A program made the position numbers and the translations under genes. The notes below the pieces were generated by a model. That model was not told the DNA's origin, did no database searches, and worked only from the letters and a program-made list of their open reading frames with translations. 64,000 bases of DNA from positions 64,001 to 128,000 of the IMG/VR virus record IMGVR_UViG_3300027749_005140; one strand, given 5' to 3'. The DNA is from a virus (taxonomy: Duplodnaviria > Heunggongvirae > Uroviricota > Caudoviricetes). Of this stretch, positions 15,533-26,812 are shown piece by piece (position 1 is the first letter of the stretch; each line of letters begins with the position of its first letter).

Positions 15533-17638
15533 ATGGAGATAAACAAAAACTTACTTACGAAAACACTTGACATTAAAGCTTCTCTAGAAGATGATGACGA
15601 TGATGACTACAACAAATTCGGAGGTGGTAACGGTAAAAAATCTGACACTAAATCTAAAACTCCGGTATTAGATACTTACAGTCGTGATTTAACCAAATAT
15701 GCGGAAGAAGGTAAACTTGATCCTATTGTAGGTAGAGATAAAGAAATCGAAAGAGTTTCTCAAATTCTTTCAAGAAGAAAGAAAAATAATCCTATGTTAC
15801 TTGGTGAAGCAGGAGTTGGTAAATCTTCTATCGCAGAAGGATTAGCACTTAGAATCGCTCAACGAAAAGTTAGTAGAATCTTATTTGACAAAAGAGTTGT
15901 TATGTTGGATCTAGCTTCTATGGTTGCGGGTACTAAATACAGAGGACAATTTGAAGAAAGAATCAAAGCTCTTATGGCAGAGGTTGAAGATGATAAATCT
16001 ATTATTCTTTTTATTGATGAAATTCACACTATGATTGGTGCCGGTGGTTCAAGTGGTTCTATGGATGCTTCTAATATGTTTAAACCTGCTTTAGCAAGAG
16101 GTGAAATCCAAATCATTGGTGCAACAACACTTGATGAGTATAGAAAACATGTTGAAAAAGATGCTGCATTAGAAAGACGTTTTCAGAAAGTTATTGTTGA
16201 ACCTGCTACTGCAGAAGAAACTATACAAATCTTAACAAACATAAAAGATAAGTATGAGTCTCATCATAACGTAACTTACACTGAAGAAGCAATTAAAGCT
16301 TGTGTTGATTTAACTGTAAGATATATGTCTGATAGACACTTACCAGATAAAGCTATCGATGCGTTAGATGAAGCTGGTGCAAGAGTACACATATCTAACA
16401 TAGTAGTTCCTAAAGAAATTACTGATGTAGAACAAAAGATCATCGAAATCAAAGAAAAGAAAAATGATGTAATCAAACGTCAGAAGTATGAAGAAGCTGC
16501 TAAATTGAGAGATGTTGAAAAACAATTAAATACTCAATTACAAGTAGCTAAAGAAAGATGGGAAGAAGAAACTTTGAAAAACAGACAATTAGTAAGTGAA
16601 GATAATGTAGCTGAGGTTGTTTCTATGATTACTGGTATTCCAGTTCAGAAAGTAAATCAAAGTGAAAACAAAAAACTTTCTAAAATGTATGAAAACATTG
16701 CGGGTAAAGTTGTTGGACAAGATGATGCTGTTAAGAAAATCATCAAATCTATCCAAAGAGGTAGAGTTGGTATGAAAGATCCTAACAAACCAATCTTTAG
16801 TGGTATCTTAATTGGTAACTCTGGAGTTGGTAAAACAGAATTAGCGAAACAATTATCTAAGTATTTGTTTGAATCAGAAGATTCTTTAATCAGATTAGAT
16901 ATGTCTGAGTATATGGACAAAATCTCTTTAACAAGAATTCAAGGTGCCGCTCCTGGATATGTTGGATATGATGATGCGAACGTATTAGATAAAATAAGAA
17001 GAAAGCCTTATTCAGTTATTCTTTTAGATGAGATTGAAAAAGCTCATCCGGATATATTCAATCTTTTCTTACAGATGTTAGATGAAGGACATATTACAGA
17101 TTCTCACGGTAGAAAAGTTAGTTTTAAAAACTGTGTAATCTTAATGACTTCAAATGTTGGTACTAAAGTTGTTAAAGAATTTGGTGCTGGTGTTGGATTC
17201 TCTACCAAAACTAAAACAGATAAGAGAGAAGATGATATAAAAGGTATCTTAGAAAAAGAGTTGAAGAAAAAATTTGCACCTGAATTTATCAATAGATTAG
17301 ATGAAATCATTTACTTTAGAGATTTAGGTAAAGAAGAAATAATGAAAATTGTTGAACTTGAATTAAGAAAAACTTTAGGACGAGGTTTAGAGATTGGATT
17401 TACTTTAGAAGTGTCTGATGTGTTGAAAGAACATTTAGTTGAGATTGGTTATGATCCTCAATTTGGTGCTCGACCTTTGAAAAGAGCAATTCAACGAAGT
17501 ATCGATGATGCAGTGACTGAATTTATTATTGAAAGTGAACCAAAAGAAGGTACTACTTTAGTACTTGATTATGATGTTGAAAATGATGTAACAACAGTCA
17601 ACTTGAAAAAGAGAAAGAAAATAAAAAAAGAAGAGTAA
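15533..17638 (+). CDS. clpC: ClpC-type AAA+ unfoldase lacking the N-terminal Clp-repeat domain
   Basis: LDPIVGRDKEI, GEAGVGKS, FIDEIH, GATTLDEY, LPDKAID; UVR-like coiled coil QKYEEAAKLRD; NBD2 GNSGVGKT, LLDEIEKAH; VGF ClpP-binding loop. Confidence 0.9.
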   Translation: MEINKNLLTKTLDIKASLEDDDDDDYNKFGGGNGKKSDTKSKTPVLDTYSRDLTKYAEEGKLDPIVGRDKEIERVSQILSRRKKNNPMLLGEAGVGKSSIAEGLALRIAQRKVSRILFDKRVVMLDLASMVAGTKYRGQFEERIKALMAEVEDDKSIILFIDEIHTMIGAGGSSGSMDASNMFKPALARGEIQIIGATTLDEYRKHVEKDAALERRFQKVIVEPATAEETIQILTNIKDKYESHHNVTYTEEAIKACVDLTVRYMSDRHLPDKAIDALDEAGARVHISNIVVPKEITDVEQKIIEIKEKKNDVIKRQKYEEAAKLRDVEKQLNTQLQVAKERWEEETLKNRQLVSEDNVAEVVSMITGIPVQKVNQSENKKLSKMYENIAGKVVGQDDAVKKIIKSIQRGRVGMKDPNKPIFSGILIGNSGVGKTELAKQLSKYLFESEDSLIRLDMSEYMDKISLTRIQGAAPGYVGYDDANVLDKIRRKPYSVILLDEIEKAHPDIFNLFLQMLDEGHITDSHGRKVSFKNCVILMTSNVGTKVVKEFGAGVGFSTKTKTDKREDDIKGILEKELKKKFAPEFINRLDEIIYFRDLGKEEIMKIVELELRKTLGRGLEIGFTLEVSDVLKEHLVEIGYDPQFGARPLKRAIQRSIDDAVTEFIIESEPKEGTTLVLDYDVENDVTTVNLKKRKKIKKEE

Positions 17639-17655
17639 TACTCTTCTTTTTTTTT
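17623..17655. terminator. Bidirectional terminator
   Basis: AAAAAAAGAAGAGT-aat-ACTCTTCTTTTTTT between convergent genes. Confidence 0.75.
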
Positions 17656-18172
17656 ATTTACCTGCCAAATTGGCCAATTTTCCTTTTGCTACTGGATCAT
17701 GAACATCCCAAGTATACAGAGTTTCAGAATTTGTATTATTATCATCTACCTCTAAATAATTAGATTTTCCATTACCTGGTGTTGAATAGATATCCAATGT
17801 ACACATTTTACCAGGTTTTTCTGAATAACTAATAGTTAAGTCTTCACTTCTTGTAGGTTTTCTAAGAACTTCAATACCACCTTGTGGTGAAACTATACTA
17901 AAACTTTGACAAGTTTGTTCAGTCCATTGCATAATACCATACACATTCTCATCACCTTGTTTTACTTTATCATAAGCTTCCTGTCTTAGCTTTCTTGATT
18001 CATCAGTTGAATTTGAATTTTTAGTTATTACTTTTAATCCATTTTTAATTAAATCTGACTCATATCTTTTTGCCATATCTACTAAAGATTTAGTATTACC
18101 TTCCATCCTTCTATTAGTTTCATGATCTATATCAATTTCTTCAAAAATTTTGAATGACTTTAAGTATTTCAT
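17654..18172 (-). CDS. Hypothetical protein with a capsid-targeting-like N-terminus
   Basis: MKYLKSFKIFEE; TAATATATA upstream (18197-18205). Confidence 0.6.
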   Translation of the reverse strand: MKYLKSFKIFEEIDIDHETNRRMEGNTKSLVDMAKRYESDLIKNGLKVITKNSNSTDESRKLRQEAYDKVKQGDENVYGIMQWTEQTCQSFSIVSPQGGIEVLRKPTRSEDLTISYSEKPGKMCTLDIYSTPGNGKSNYLEVDDNNTNSETLYTWDVHDPVAKGKLANLAGK

Positions 18173-18250
18173 AATAATTTATTTTTTTTTATAATGTATA
18201 TATTAAAACAAAAACATCATTTTACATATAAAAAGAAAATAATTTTGTAT

Positions 18251-20224
18251 ATGCAAAAAGACTCAAAAATATTTATAGCCGGTCACAAAGGTATGGTCGG
18301 TTCTGCTATACATAGAAAACTAAAAGAACTAGGTTATACTAATATAATTACTTCAACAAAATCAGATCTAAACTTAAAAAATCAAGAAGATGTTAGATTT
18401 TTTTTCTGGCATCATTCTTTTGAATATGTTTTCTTATGTGCTGCCAAAGTTGGTGGTATAAAAGCTAATTCAGACTTTAAAGCAGACTTTATCTATGATA
18501 ATATAATGATACAATCTAATATTATTCATTCCGCTAAACATTTTGGAGTTAAAAAACTTCTTTTCTTAGGTTCATCTTGTATTTATCCCAAGTTATGTCA
18601 ACAACCAATCAAAGAAGAATACTTACTTACTGGTTCATTAGAACCAACCAACGATTCGTATGCTATAGCTAAGATTGCTGGTATTAAAATGTGTCAAAGT
18701 TTTAATGAACAGTATGGTACTAATTTTATTTCAGTTATGCCAACAAATCTTTATGGTCAATGCTTTTCACACGATACTGATGTATTAACACCTAAAGGTA
18801 TCAAAAATATTAAAGACATTAAAATAGGTGATGAAATTTATACATTGAATCCAACATCACACAATGTTGAGATAGAAAAAGTTATTGCAACACAAACTAC
18901 AAAAACTAATGAATTTTTTAACTTCAAATCCAGAGGATGTGATTTTAGAGTAACACCTGATCATAAAATCTATTATAAAACATCAACAAAATATGTTAAA
19001 AGAGAGGCAGAAATATTCAGAAATATAGCAGGTAAAGAATATGGTCAAATAACATTAGCACATCATAATATTATAGAAAATAATAAGATGTATCAATTTG
19101 ATTTGAAAAAATATAAAGATGATAAACACATATTACGATATGATAACTATATGAAAGATGGAAAACATAGTAATTATAAATATTATCCAACCGAATATGA
19201 TCTATTGGATATTTGTGAATTTATAGGTTGGTATGTATCAGAAGGTTCAATATTAGATAATAAAAAAACAAAATATGATAATTTAGATTGTGGTCAGATA
19301 AGAATATCGCAACACAAATTCATAAATCCTGAAAATTATAGTGAAATAGACAATTTATTAACACGTATGGGAATATCATATGGGAAAGATAATTTTGCAT
19401 TTTACTTCACATCAAGAGCATTAAAAACTTTTATTAGAGAAGAAATTGGAGTAGGTTCTAATAATAAAAAAATACCTAATTTTATATATGAGTTGTCATC
19501 AGAATATAGATTAAAAGTTTTTAAATCTTTAATGAAAGGAGATGGTAATAAAAGTGGATTTAGATATAATACAAAGTCAATTCAACTTAGAGATGATTTT
19601 GTTTTATTGGCATTTTCACTAGGTATAAAAACATCATATTCCTTTAGTGGAGTCTGGAGAATTAACATAAGAAATATAAGTGAGAAAGTAACAGTTAAAT
19701 ATAAAAATATAAACATAGAAAATATAAATAATGAAGCAGTCTATTGTGTAACTACTGAGAAAAATCATATAATATATGCCGGTAGAAATGGTAAATTTAA
19801 TTGGATAGGCCAATGTGATAACTATGATTTGAATAACTCACACGTACTTCCTGCAATGATTAGAAAGTTTCACGAAGCTAAAATCAATAATTTACCACAC
19901 GTAGAAATATGGGGTGACGGTTCTCCAATGAGAGAGTTTTTATTTGTTGATGATCTAGCAGATGCTTGTTTACATCTAATGGAAAATTACAATGATTCTG
20001 AAATAGTAAACATTGGTACTGGTGAAGATATAACAATTAAAGATCTAGCTTACTTAGTAAAAGAAGTAGTTGGATTTAAAGGTAATATACTTTTTAATTC
20101 ACAAATGCCTAATGGAACACCTAGAAAACTATTAGATGTTTCCAAACTTACAAACTTAGGATGGCAATATAAAATATCTCTTAAAGAAGGTATAGAAAAA
20201 ACATATGTAGATTATGTCAAATAA
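18251..20224 (+). CDS. fcl: GDP-L-fucose synthase interrupted by an intein
   Basis: [39 protein letters not shown]|...|[29 protein letters not shown]; about 306 aa after intein removal. Confidence 0.92.
   Translation: MQKDSKIFIAGHKGMVGSAIHRKLKELGYTNIITSTKSDLNLKNQEDVRFFFWHHSFEYVFLCAAKVGGIKANSDFKADFIYDNIMIQSNIIHSAKHFGVKKLLFLGSSCIYPKLCQQPIKEEYLLTGSLEPTNDSYAIAKIAGIKMCQSFNEQYGTNFISVMPTNLYGQCFSHDTDVLTPKGIKNIKDIKIGDEIYTLNPTSHNVEIEKVIATQTTKTNEFFNFKSRGCDFRVTPDHKIYYKTSTKYVKREAEIFRNIAGKEYGQITLAHHNIIENNKMYQFDLKKYKDDKHILRYDNYMKDGKHSNYKYYPTEYDLLDICEFIGWYVSEGSILDNKKTKYDNLDCGQIRISQHKFINPENYSEIDNLLTRMGISYGKDNFAFYFTSRALKTFIREEIGVGSNNKKIPNFIYELSSEYRLKVFKSLMKGDGNKSGFRYNTKSIQLRDDFVLLAFSLGIKTSYSFSGVWRINIRNISEKVTVKYKNINIENINNEAVYCVTTEKNHIIYAGRNGKFNWIGQCDNYDLNNSHVLPAMIRKFHEAKINNLPHVEIWGDGSPMREFLFVDDLADACLHLMENYNDSEIVNIGTGEDITIKDLAYLVKEVVGFKGNILFNSQMPNGTPRKLLDVSKLTNLGWQYKISLKEGIEKTYVDYVK
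18761..19813 (+). mobile_element. LAGLIDADG-containing intein (351 aa) ending in Gln
   Basis: Begins CFSHDTDV; VTPDHKIY block B; [10 protein letters not shown] and LMKGDGN LAGLIDADG blocks; [10 protein letters not shown] block F; ends WIGQ followed by extein Cys. Confidence 0.9.
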
Positions 20225-21260
20225 AAAAGTCGCACTCCTAACGGGGATAACGGGAATGGATGGTTCTCACCTAGCAGAACTTCTTTTAGACAAAGGTTAT
20301 GAAGTACACGGTATTATTAGAAGATGTTCATCATTTAATACTGCCCGTATCGATCATATTTATGATAGAATAAAACTACACTATGGTGATCTAACTGATC
20401 CGTTAGTTATTTCAGATTTAGTGACGAAAATACAACCAGATGAAGTTTATAACTTAGGTGCTCAGTCACACGTTAGAGTTTCATTTGAGATACCTTATTA
20501 TACCGCACAAGTTGATGGTTTAGGTACATTAGTAATATTAGAGGCCGTAAAAAACCACTGTCCTAATGCAAGAGTTTATCAGGCATCTACTTCTGAACTA
20601 TATGGTGGTATGTCTTATAATATGCCAGTAACCGGATACACAGAAGAATCAGTTATGCATCCACGTTCACCTTATGGTTGTGCGAAGATGTATGGTCTTT
20701 GGATAACAAAGAACTATAGAGAATCTTATGGAATGCATATTAGTAATGGAATACTTTTCAACCACGAAGGTGAAAGAAGAGGTGAGACATTTGTTACCAG
20801 AAAAGTAACGATGGCATTGGGAGTTATTAAAAACTATTTAGATCATGGTCAAAGTGATTTCCCTACATTAAAATTAGGTAACCTTTACTCTAAAAGAGAT
20901 TGGGGATATGCCAAAGATTATGTTTATGGTATGTGGCTAATGACACAACAAGACACTCCAGACGATTACGTTTTGGCAACTAATGAAACACATTCAATTA
21001 AAGAATTGGTCGACCTAGCGGCCTTAGAATGTAAAATGGAATTGAAATGGATTGGAGAAGGAATAAATGAGAAAGCTTATTTTGAAGATAATGTAATTGT
21101 AGAGATTGATGAGAGATATTACAGACCGGCAGAGGTTGATATACTTTTAGGAGACTATACAAAAGCAAAGGAAAAATTAGGTTGGGAACCAAAAGTTAAG
21201 TTTAATGACTTAGTTAAAATTATGATGAATCATGATATAAAAAGTCAACAAACTCCTTAA
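20214..21260 (+). CDS. gmd: GDP-mannose 4,6-dehydratase
   Basis: [62 protein letters not shown]-x-SKRDWG. Confidence 0.95.
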   Translation: MSNKKVALLTGITGMDGSHLAELLLDKGYEVHGIIRRCSSFNTARIDHIYDRIKLHYGDLTDPLVISDLVTKIQPDEVYNLGAQSHVRVSFEIPYYTAQVDGLGTLVILEAVKNHCPNARVYQASTSELYGGMSYNMPVTGYTEESVMHPRSPYGCAKMYGLWITKNYRESYGMHISNGILFNHEGERRGETFVTRKVTMALGVIKNYLDHGQSDFPTLKLGNLYSKRDWGYAKDYVYGMWLMTQQDTPDDYVLATNETHSIKELVDLAALECKMELKWIGEGINEKAYFEDNVIVEIDERYYRPAEVDILLGDYTKAKEKLGWEPKVKFNDLVKIMMNHDIKSQQTP

Positions 21261-21952
21261 TGAAACTTATTATCGAATACTTTAAATCCACAAATCAAAA
21301 TCGTGATGTAGAATATAAATCTTGTATAAATGAGAATATTAAGAATACTTTAATTGAAAAGATATATATCTTCATATCAGATGATTCTATACTAGATTTA
21401 CAATCAGATAAAATTGAAATTATTAAAATAGATAATAGACCTTCATTTAAGTTTTTATTTGAATGGTGTAATACTAACCTACCAGATGATATTTGTATTG
21501 TTGCAAATACTGATATTTTCTTTGACTCAACTATAGAACACCTAAATAATACTGATCTTACTAATACATTTCTTGCTTTAACAAGATGGGATTTAGTACT
21601 CAAAGATAATCAATGGTTTGTTGATTTTTATAATAAATCATGTAATCAAATTGGACTAACGACTGGAATGTTTTCACAAGATTCTTGGATATTTAAAACA
21701 CCTATAAAAGTAGATGAAAGAAGCAACTTTCTAATGGGTAAACCAGGATGTGATAACAGAATTGTTCAAATCTATTTAGAGAATGATTATAATGTTAAAA
21801 ATCCAAGTATGCAGATAGTTAGTAAACACTTACATATTTCTAATCATAGAACTTATAATAATACAGATATGGTATTTGGTCCATATCTTTTGGTTGAACC
21901 AACCAATGATATAAATATCGATAGCCAAAAGAAAACAATACCACACTTTTAA
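21260..21952 (+). CDS. Putative GT-A-like glycosyltransferase or glycan-modifying protein
   Basis: IVANTDIFFD, ALTRWD, SQDSWIF, GKPGCDNR; lies in the glycan operon. Confidence 0.45.
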   Translation: MKLIIEYFKSTNQNRDVEYKSCINENIKNTLIEKIYIFISDDSILDLQSDKIEIIKIDNRPSFKFLFEWCNTNLPDDICIVANTDIFFDSTIEHLNNTDLTNTFLALTRWDLVLKDNQWFVDFYNKSCNQIGLTTGMFSQDSWIFKTPIKVDERSNFLMGKPGCDNRIVQIYLENDYNVKNPSMQIVSKHLHISNHRTYNNTDMVFGPYLLVEPTNDINIDSQKKTIPHF

Positions 21953-22785
21953 TGAGAGTAGATAAGAGATTTAATTCACAAGAAAGTAATGATGCGATTG
22001 CCAACTTAGTAAAAGAAAATAAAAGTTTTCTAATATCAAGAGTAGGATTAGGTGGAGAAACTGCTATATCTGCTTTAGTATTAGCAAATCAACAAATACC
22101 ACAACATGTTTATAATTGGTTCTATATAAATGCAGGGTTCTATGGATCAAAAAATCTTATAACCTATGCAAAGTATTACAAGTCTGCTTGTGAATCTTGT
22201 GACTTACACGCATATTGGAATTTTCAAGGATTTATCGAAATGGAAGACTTTCTAGTACCTGAAGATAAAACACTTATTGATGTAAGTGCATTAGAATCAT
22301 TTAGATTTGATAATCCTTGGACAGAACATCTAAAAGGTAAAAAGATACTTATTATAAATCCATTTAAAGAAACAATAGATAAACAATTGCTAGTTAAGGA
22401 TAAGATATGGGAAAATAAAAATATACTACCTGATGCAGAATATATTACATATAAGTCTGTTCAATCAATTGGTGGTCAAGGTCCAGATAAAGACTGGTAT
22501 GAATCATATGATAAAATGTGTAAAGATATATCAGAGATAGATTTTGATGTTGCTTTACTAGGTTGTGGTTCATACGGACTACCACTATGTGATTTTATTA
22601 AAAATAAATTGAATAAATCTACCGTTTATATTGGTGGTGGACTTCAATTATACTTTGGTATAAAAGGTAAAAGATGGGAAGGTAGTGAAGATATTACAAA
22701 ATTCTATAATGAATATTGGGTAAGACCAAATACAGAAGAAACACCGGCAACAAGTACAATGGTTGAGGGTGGTTGTTACTGGTAA
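21952..22785 (+). CDS. Putative GT-D-fold-like glycosyltransferase
   Basis: KKILIINPF, DFDVALLGCGSYGLPL, VYIGGGLQLYFGIKGKRW. Confidence 0.5.
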   Translation: MRVDKRFNSQESNDAIANLVKENKSFLISRVGLGGETAISALVLANQQIPQHVYNWFYINAGFYGSKNLITYAKYYKSACESCDLHAYWNFQGFIEMEDFLVPEDKTLIDVSALESFRFDNPWTEHLKGKKILIINPFKETIDKQLLVKDKIWENKNILPDAEYITYKSVQSIGGQGPDKDWYESYDKMCKDISEIDFDVALLGCGSYGLPLCDFIKNKLNKSTVYIGGGLQLYFGIKGKRWEGSEDITKFYNEYWVRPNTEETPATSTMVEGGCYW

Positions 22786-22799
22786 AAAATAAAATTAAA

Positions 22800-23708
22800 A
22801 TGGAAAAATTATTAATAAGTTATTGTTTCTTTACACCAAAGAACTTACATAAAGAAATGAGATTTTGGGATCTCTATAATACATATGATAGATATTGGTA
22901 TAATATACCTGCTTTAATGGCAGTTAATAGTATTATATACCCGAATGCAAAAATAAAAATACACCTCTCGGAGGAAATAAAATCAAACCCATTATTCGAG
23001 ATTTTGTATAAAATATCTGAAAATATGAGTAATGTTGAATTGGTATTTATGCCTTATGAATATACCAACACTGAACCAACTATGTGGAGATATAAACCTT
23101 TATTCGATAAAGAATCTGATGTTGTTTTATGTAGAGACATAGATTCACTACCCAATGAAGATGAGATAAAATCAACATACTACTTTTTACAAAATAAAAA
23201 TTATAAAGTACATACTTTAAGAACACATACAAATCATGGTAGTGGTGCAACTATAATACTAGCAGGTCTTTGTGGATATAGACCATCAGAAATATACTTT
23301 ATAAAGGATATTACATTTGATGCTTACTATAATCATTTTAAATCAATGAGTTGGGGGTTAGATCAAAACTCACTAATAAATCTATTCGTAAGAGATCAAC
23401 CTTGGACAGGTGAAAATTTTCTAGACTCACCAATTAGTACCGAATATCATAAAGTACCAAATGCCTTAATAAACTGTAAATCATTCAATCAAGATTTCTA
23501 TAGAACCAATGTTGATATTTCACAAATAGATAATCGTATTTTAGAAATACTAAATGATGAAACTAAATGGGCAGGTGAACCAACAAATTTAAGAGGTGAT
23601 AAACTAGTTAAATTATTAAGTTTAGATATACCAGAACTTAAAAAAATGAAGGAGATAATAGAATCTTGTTCAGAAGATATAAAAAACTTTTACTTAGGTA
23701 ATGTATAA
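22800..23708 (+). CDS. Putative glycosyltransferase (RDxDS motif)
   Basis: MWRYKPLFD, VVLCRDIDS, ILAGLCG, DQ-x-x-L; start moved to ATG 22800. Confidence 0.5.
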   Translation: MEKLLISYCFFTPKNLHKEMRFWDLYNTYDRYWYNIPALMAVNSIIYPNAKIKIHLSEEIKSNPLFEILYKISENMSNVELVFMPYEYTNTEPTMWRYKPLFDKESDVVLCRDIDSLPNEDEIKSTYYFLQNKNYKVHTLRTHTNHGSGATIILAGLCGYRPSEIYFIKDITFDAYYNHFKSMSWGLDQNSLINLFVRDQPWTGENFLDSPISTEYHKVPNALINCKSFNQDFYRTNVDISQIDNRILEILNDETKWAGEPTNLRGDKLVKLLSLDIPELKKMKEIIESCSEDIKNFYLGNV

Positions 23709-24522
23709 CTTTATTGATGGTGACTTCTTTGAATCACTTGCTGATTTTACCTTTGGTGATATGTACTCACAAAATATGACTGAACCAAGTTATGATTTAC
23801 TAAACTCTATTTTTCAGAAATATGATAAACCTATTCTATTCATTGAAACACATAGACTAGGTAATTTGTTTAGAGAACTAGTAAAGTTTTCTAATAATGT
23901 GATAATTATTGCACATAATTCAGATGCAACTTTTGGTATTGAATTATTTAATAATCTTCCAAAAAATGTTGAGAAGATATGGTGTCAGAATTATAACTAT
24001 ATTGAAACTGATAGAATTAAAAGTTTACCTATTGGTTTAGAAAGAGTTAGATGGTTTCCAGAACAAAAGAAACAAGAAGTACTTTATCAATCAATAGGTG
24101 ATAATACTAAATCTGATTTAGTTTATATGAACTTTAACCCAGGTACTAATCCTCAGAGACAAACTATATTTGATCAATTAAATAACAAATCATTTATTAC
24201 ACAGAAAATGGTTGGAAATGGTGGAGATTATAATACTTATATAAATGATATAAAATCACATAAATATGTTATATCACCACCGGGAAATGGTATAGATTGC
24301 CATAGAAACTGGGAGGCAATTTATTTGGGTTGTATTCCTATAGTTTTAGATAGTTATTTTAATAGAAATGTGTATGAAAAATTACCAGTTTTAATTGTTA
24401 AAGATTATGAGCTAAATGAGAAAGAATTACTTGATAGGTATGATGAAATCATAAACAAAAATCAAAACATTGATATAATAAATAAAAAATATTGGGAGAA
24501 TGAAATTAGATCTAATAAATAA
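23701..24522 (+). CDS. Exostosin-like (GT47) glycosyltransferase
   Basis: KYVISPPGNGIDCHRNWEAIYLGCIPIV. Confidence 0.7.
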   Translation: MYNFIDGDFFESLADFTFGDMYSQNMTEPSYDLLNSIFQKYDKPILFIETHRLGNLFRELVKFSNNVIIIAHNSDATFGIELFNNLPKNVEKIWCQNYNYIETDRIKSLPIGLERVRWFPEQKKQEVLYQSIGDNTKSDLVYMNFNPGTNPQRQTIFDQLNNKSFITQKMVGNGGDYNTYINDIKSHKYVISPPGNGIDCHRNWEAIYLGCIPIVLDSYFNRNVYEKLPVLIVKDYELNEKELLDRYDEIINKNQNIDIINKKYWENEIRSNK

Positions 24523-25141
24523 AATATATGTTTGCCATTACACTAAACTAACGGAAAGAGTTGTTCCTTTAAAAGAGCAACTATCTAAATATAACCTAGA
24601 TACTGATTGGATTTTATCAAATGATAAAGAAGACCTAAATATTGAACTATTAAAACAAGAATTTATAAATATTGATAAGCATTTTCAACTAGATGGTCAT
24701 TATAGAAAATTAAGACTAAGTGAACTTTCACTTTTACTTAAACATTATGATATTTGGCTAGATATGAAGAATAATAATATTCAGAATGCACTTATCTTAG
24801 AAGATGATGCTTTATTATCAGATAACTTTGTTATACTATTTAATGAATATACTAAGGATATAAATAAAGATTATGATATAGTATGGGTTGGTAGTTGTTG
24901 TGATTTACATGCAAATGGTTCTTCTAATTTAATTAGAACAAATAGTAGTAGATGTACACACGGATATATGTTAAACTTAAAAGTTGTTGATACATTACTC
25001 GAAAATGTTAAGTATAATAACTACCCTGTAGATTTCTACTTCAACTATATTATAAATAAATTTAATGTAAATAACTACTGGATGGAACCAGACCTAATTT
25101 CACAAAATCCAAAATTCGAGACATCAATACAGAATGGATAA
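24500..25141 (+). CDS. GT25-family glycosyltransferase
   Basis: ELSLLLKH, ALILEDDA, CTHGYML, PVDFY. Confidence 0.75.
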   Translation: MKLDLINKIYVCHYTKLTERVVPLKEQLSKYNLDTDWILSNDKEDLNIELLKQEFINIDKHFQLDGHYRKLRLSELSLLLKHYDIWLDMKNNNIQNALILEDDALLSDNFVILFNEYTKDINKDYDIVWVGSCCDLHANGSSNLIRTNSSRCTHGYMLNLKVVDTLLENVKYNNYPVDFYFNYIINKFNVNNYWMEPDLISQNPKFETSIQNG

Positions 25142-26015
25142 AATAAAAGTAAAAGTTGTCTGTGATTGGGATAGTGACTACAATATCTCTAATATATTTA
25201 GAGATATATGGTACAATGATGACGTATCTAAAAGTATAGACCTTGTTTATAATGATGTATATGATTATTTAATAATATTAAATAAATATAAACATCAAAT
25301 AAAATGTCCTATTGAGAATCGTATAGTATTTATAATGGAACCTTCTTGGAGTCAAAATTGGGATAGAAACTTAGGATCTTATGTTTCAAAGATATACTCA
25401 CATATAAACTTTGATCAAAAATGTCAATTTAACCCATCGGTTATGACTACACACCTTTTTCCTAAACCGATAAATATTGGTGAGATACAGTATGTTGAGA
25501 ATAACATAAATACCATATCTAATACTAAATATGATAAAACTAAGAAGTTATCGATAGTAGTATCCAACATTAGTGGTTACAAAAGATATAACTTTGTACA
25601 AAATTTATTAAATAGTGATTTAGAGTTTGATATGTATGGTAGAGGTTGGAACATAACTGATAGAAGATATAAAGGATATGTTGAAAACAAATTAGATGCC
25701 ATAAAAGATTATCAATTCTCTATATGTATGGAAAATTCTGTTGAAGATGGTTATATAACCGAAAAATTCATAGACTCAATTCTGTGTGAAACAGTACCTA
25801 TTTATTATGGCTCAAAGGGTGTAGAAAATTGGTATGGTGATTGCTTTGAATATATAGATGTTGAAAATGATTCTATTGATAAAATTAAAGAAATAGTAAG
25901 TGGTGACAAAGTTTATAACTTTGATAAAGCAAAAGATTTCTATTTGAATATAAATAATCCATTTAATATTCTACTAAAATATATAAATAATAATGACACT
26001 AACAATAACACATAA
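25134..26015 (+). CDS. GT10-like alpha-1,3/4-fucosyltransferase
   Basis: KLDAIKDYQFSICMENS-x2-DGYITEKF-x-D...TVPIYYG is the GT10 signature. Confidence 0.8.
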   Translation: MDKIKVKVVCDWDSDYNISNIFRDIWYNDDVSKSIDLVYNDVYDYLIILNKYKHQIKCPIENRIVFIMEPSWSQNWDRNLGSYVSKIYSHINFDQKCQFNPSVMTTHLFPKPINIGEIQYVENNINTISNTKYDKTKKLSIVVSNISGYKRYNFVQNLLNSDLEFDMYGRGWNITDRRYKGYVENKLDAIKDYQFSICMENSVEDGYITEKFIDSILCETVPIYYGSKGVENWYGDCFEYIDVENDSIDKIKEIVSGDKVYNFDKAKDFYLNINNPFNILLKYINNNDTNNNT

Positions 26016-26796
26016 TGCGGGATTTTTCTCCTGTTGTACTATAAGACTTATAGAAATAGTAAATTTCTTTAACAAAAATAAAAATCTACCTACTATTGTT
26101 GACTCTTCAAGACAATTTGACTTTTATAAATCAAAACCAGAAGATTTATCTAAATTTTACTTCACCGAAAAAGAAAATAATATAGAATATAACATTGATA
26201 TAAAATTATCAAAAACTGATGATGAAGAACAATTCTCAGACTATAAACTATTAAATATTATCGATATAAATCCATTTGTTGAAAAGTACTTTAATTTATC
26301 TAATGAAGTAAACTCTATGGTATTAGAAATGGAACAAAAGTATAATATAGATTATGAAAATACTATTGCTGTATTTTATAGAGGTAATGATAAGGTTAAA
26401 GAAACTAATATTGGTTCATATGATGAATTTCTAAATAAAACACTTGAAATTTCTAATAGTAATCCAGAAAAGAAAATAATAATACAAACAGACGATCAAG
26501 GTTTTCTAAATTATTGTAAAGATAAGATAGATAATAGTAAAATTATAGTTTTTGATGAGATACCAAGTATAAACTCTAACCCTACTATGGCGGTACACCA
26601 TATTATTAGACCAGATGATAAAAAAATATTTGCTGCATACTTTCTAGCAATAACAAAAATCGTATCAAAATCTAATATATTGATAACACATTCTGGAAAT
26701 TGTGGTATGTGGGCAATATTACTTAGAGGTAATACTAATAATGTACATCAGTACTTAAATAGTATCTATAAACCACAATCAGATGGTTGGATATAA
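25993..26796 (+). CDS. GT11/GT23/NodZ-like fucosyltransferase
   Basis: AVFYRGNDK, IIQTDD, SKSNILITHSGNCGMWA resemble motifs I-III of this GT-B group. Confidence 0.65.
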   Translation: MTLTITHNAGFFSCCTIRLIEIVNFFNKNKNLPTIVDSSRQFDFYKSKPEDLSKFYFTEKENNIEYNIDIKLSKTDDEEQFSDYKLLNIIDINPFVEKYFNLSNEVNSMVLEMEQKYNIDYENTIAVFYRGNDKVKETNIGSYDEFLNKTLEISNSNPEKKIIIQTDDQGFLNYCKDKIDNSKIIVFDEIPSINSNPTMAVHHIIRPDDKKIFAAYFLAITKIVSKSNILITHSGNCGMWAILLRGNTNNVHQYLNSIYKPQSDGWI

Positions 26797-26812
26797 ACTA
26801 AATGTGAATTAA

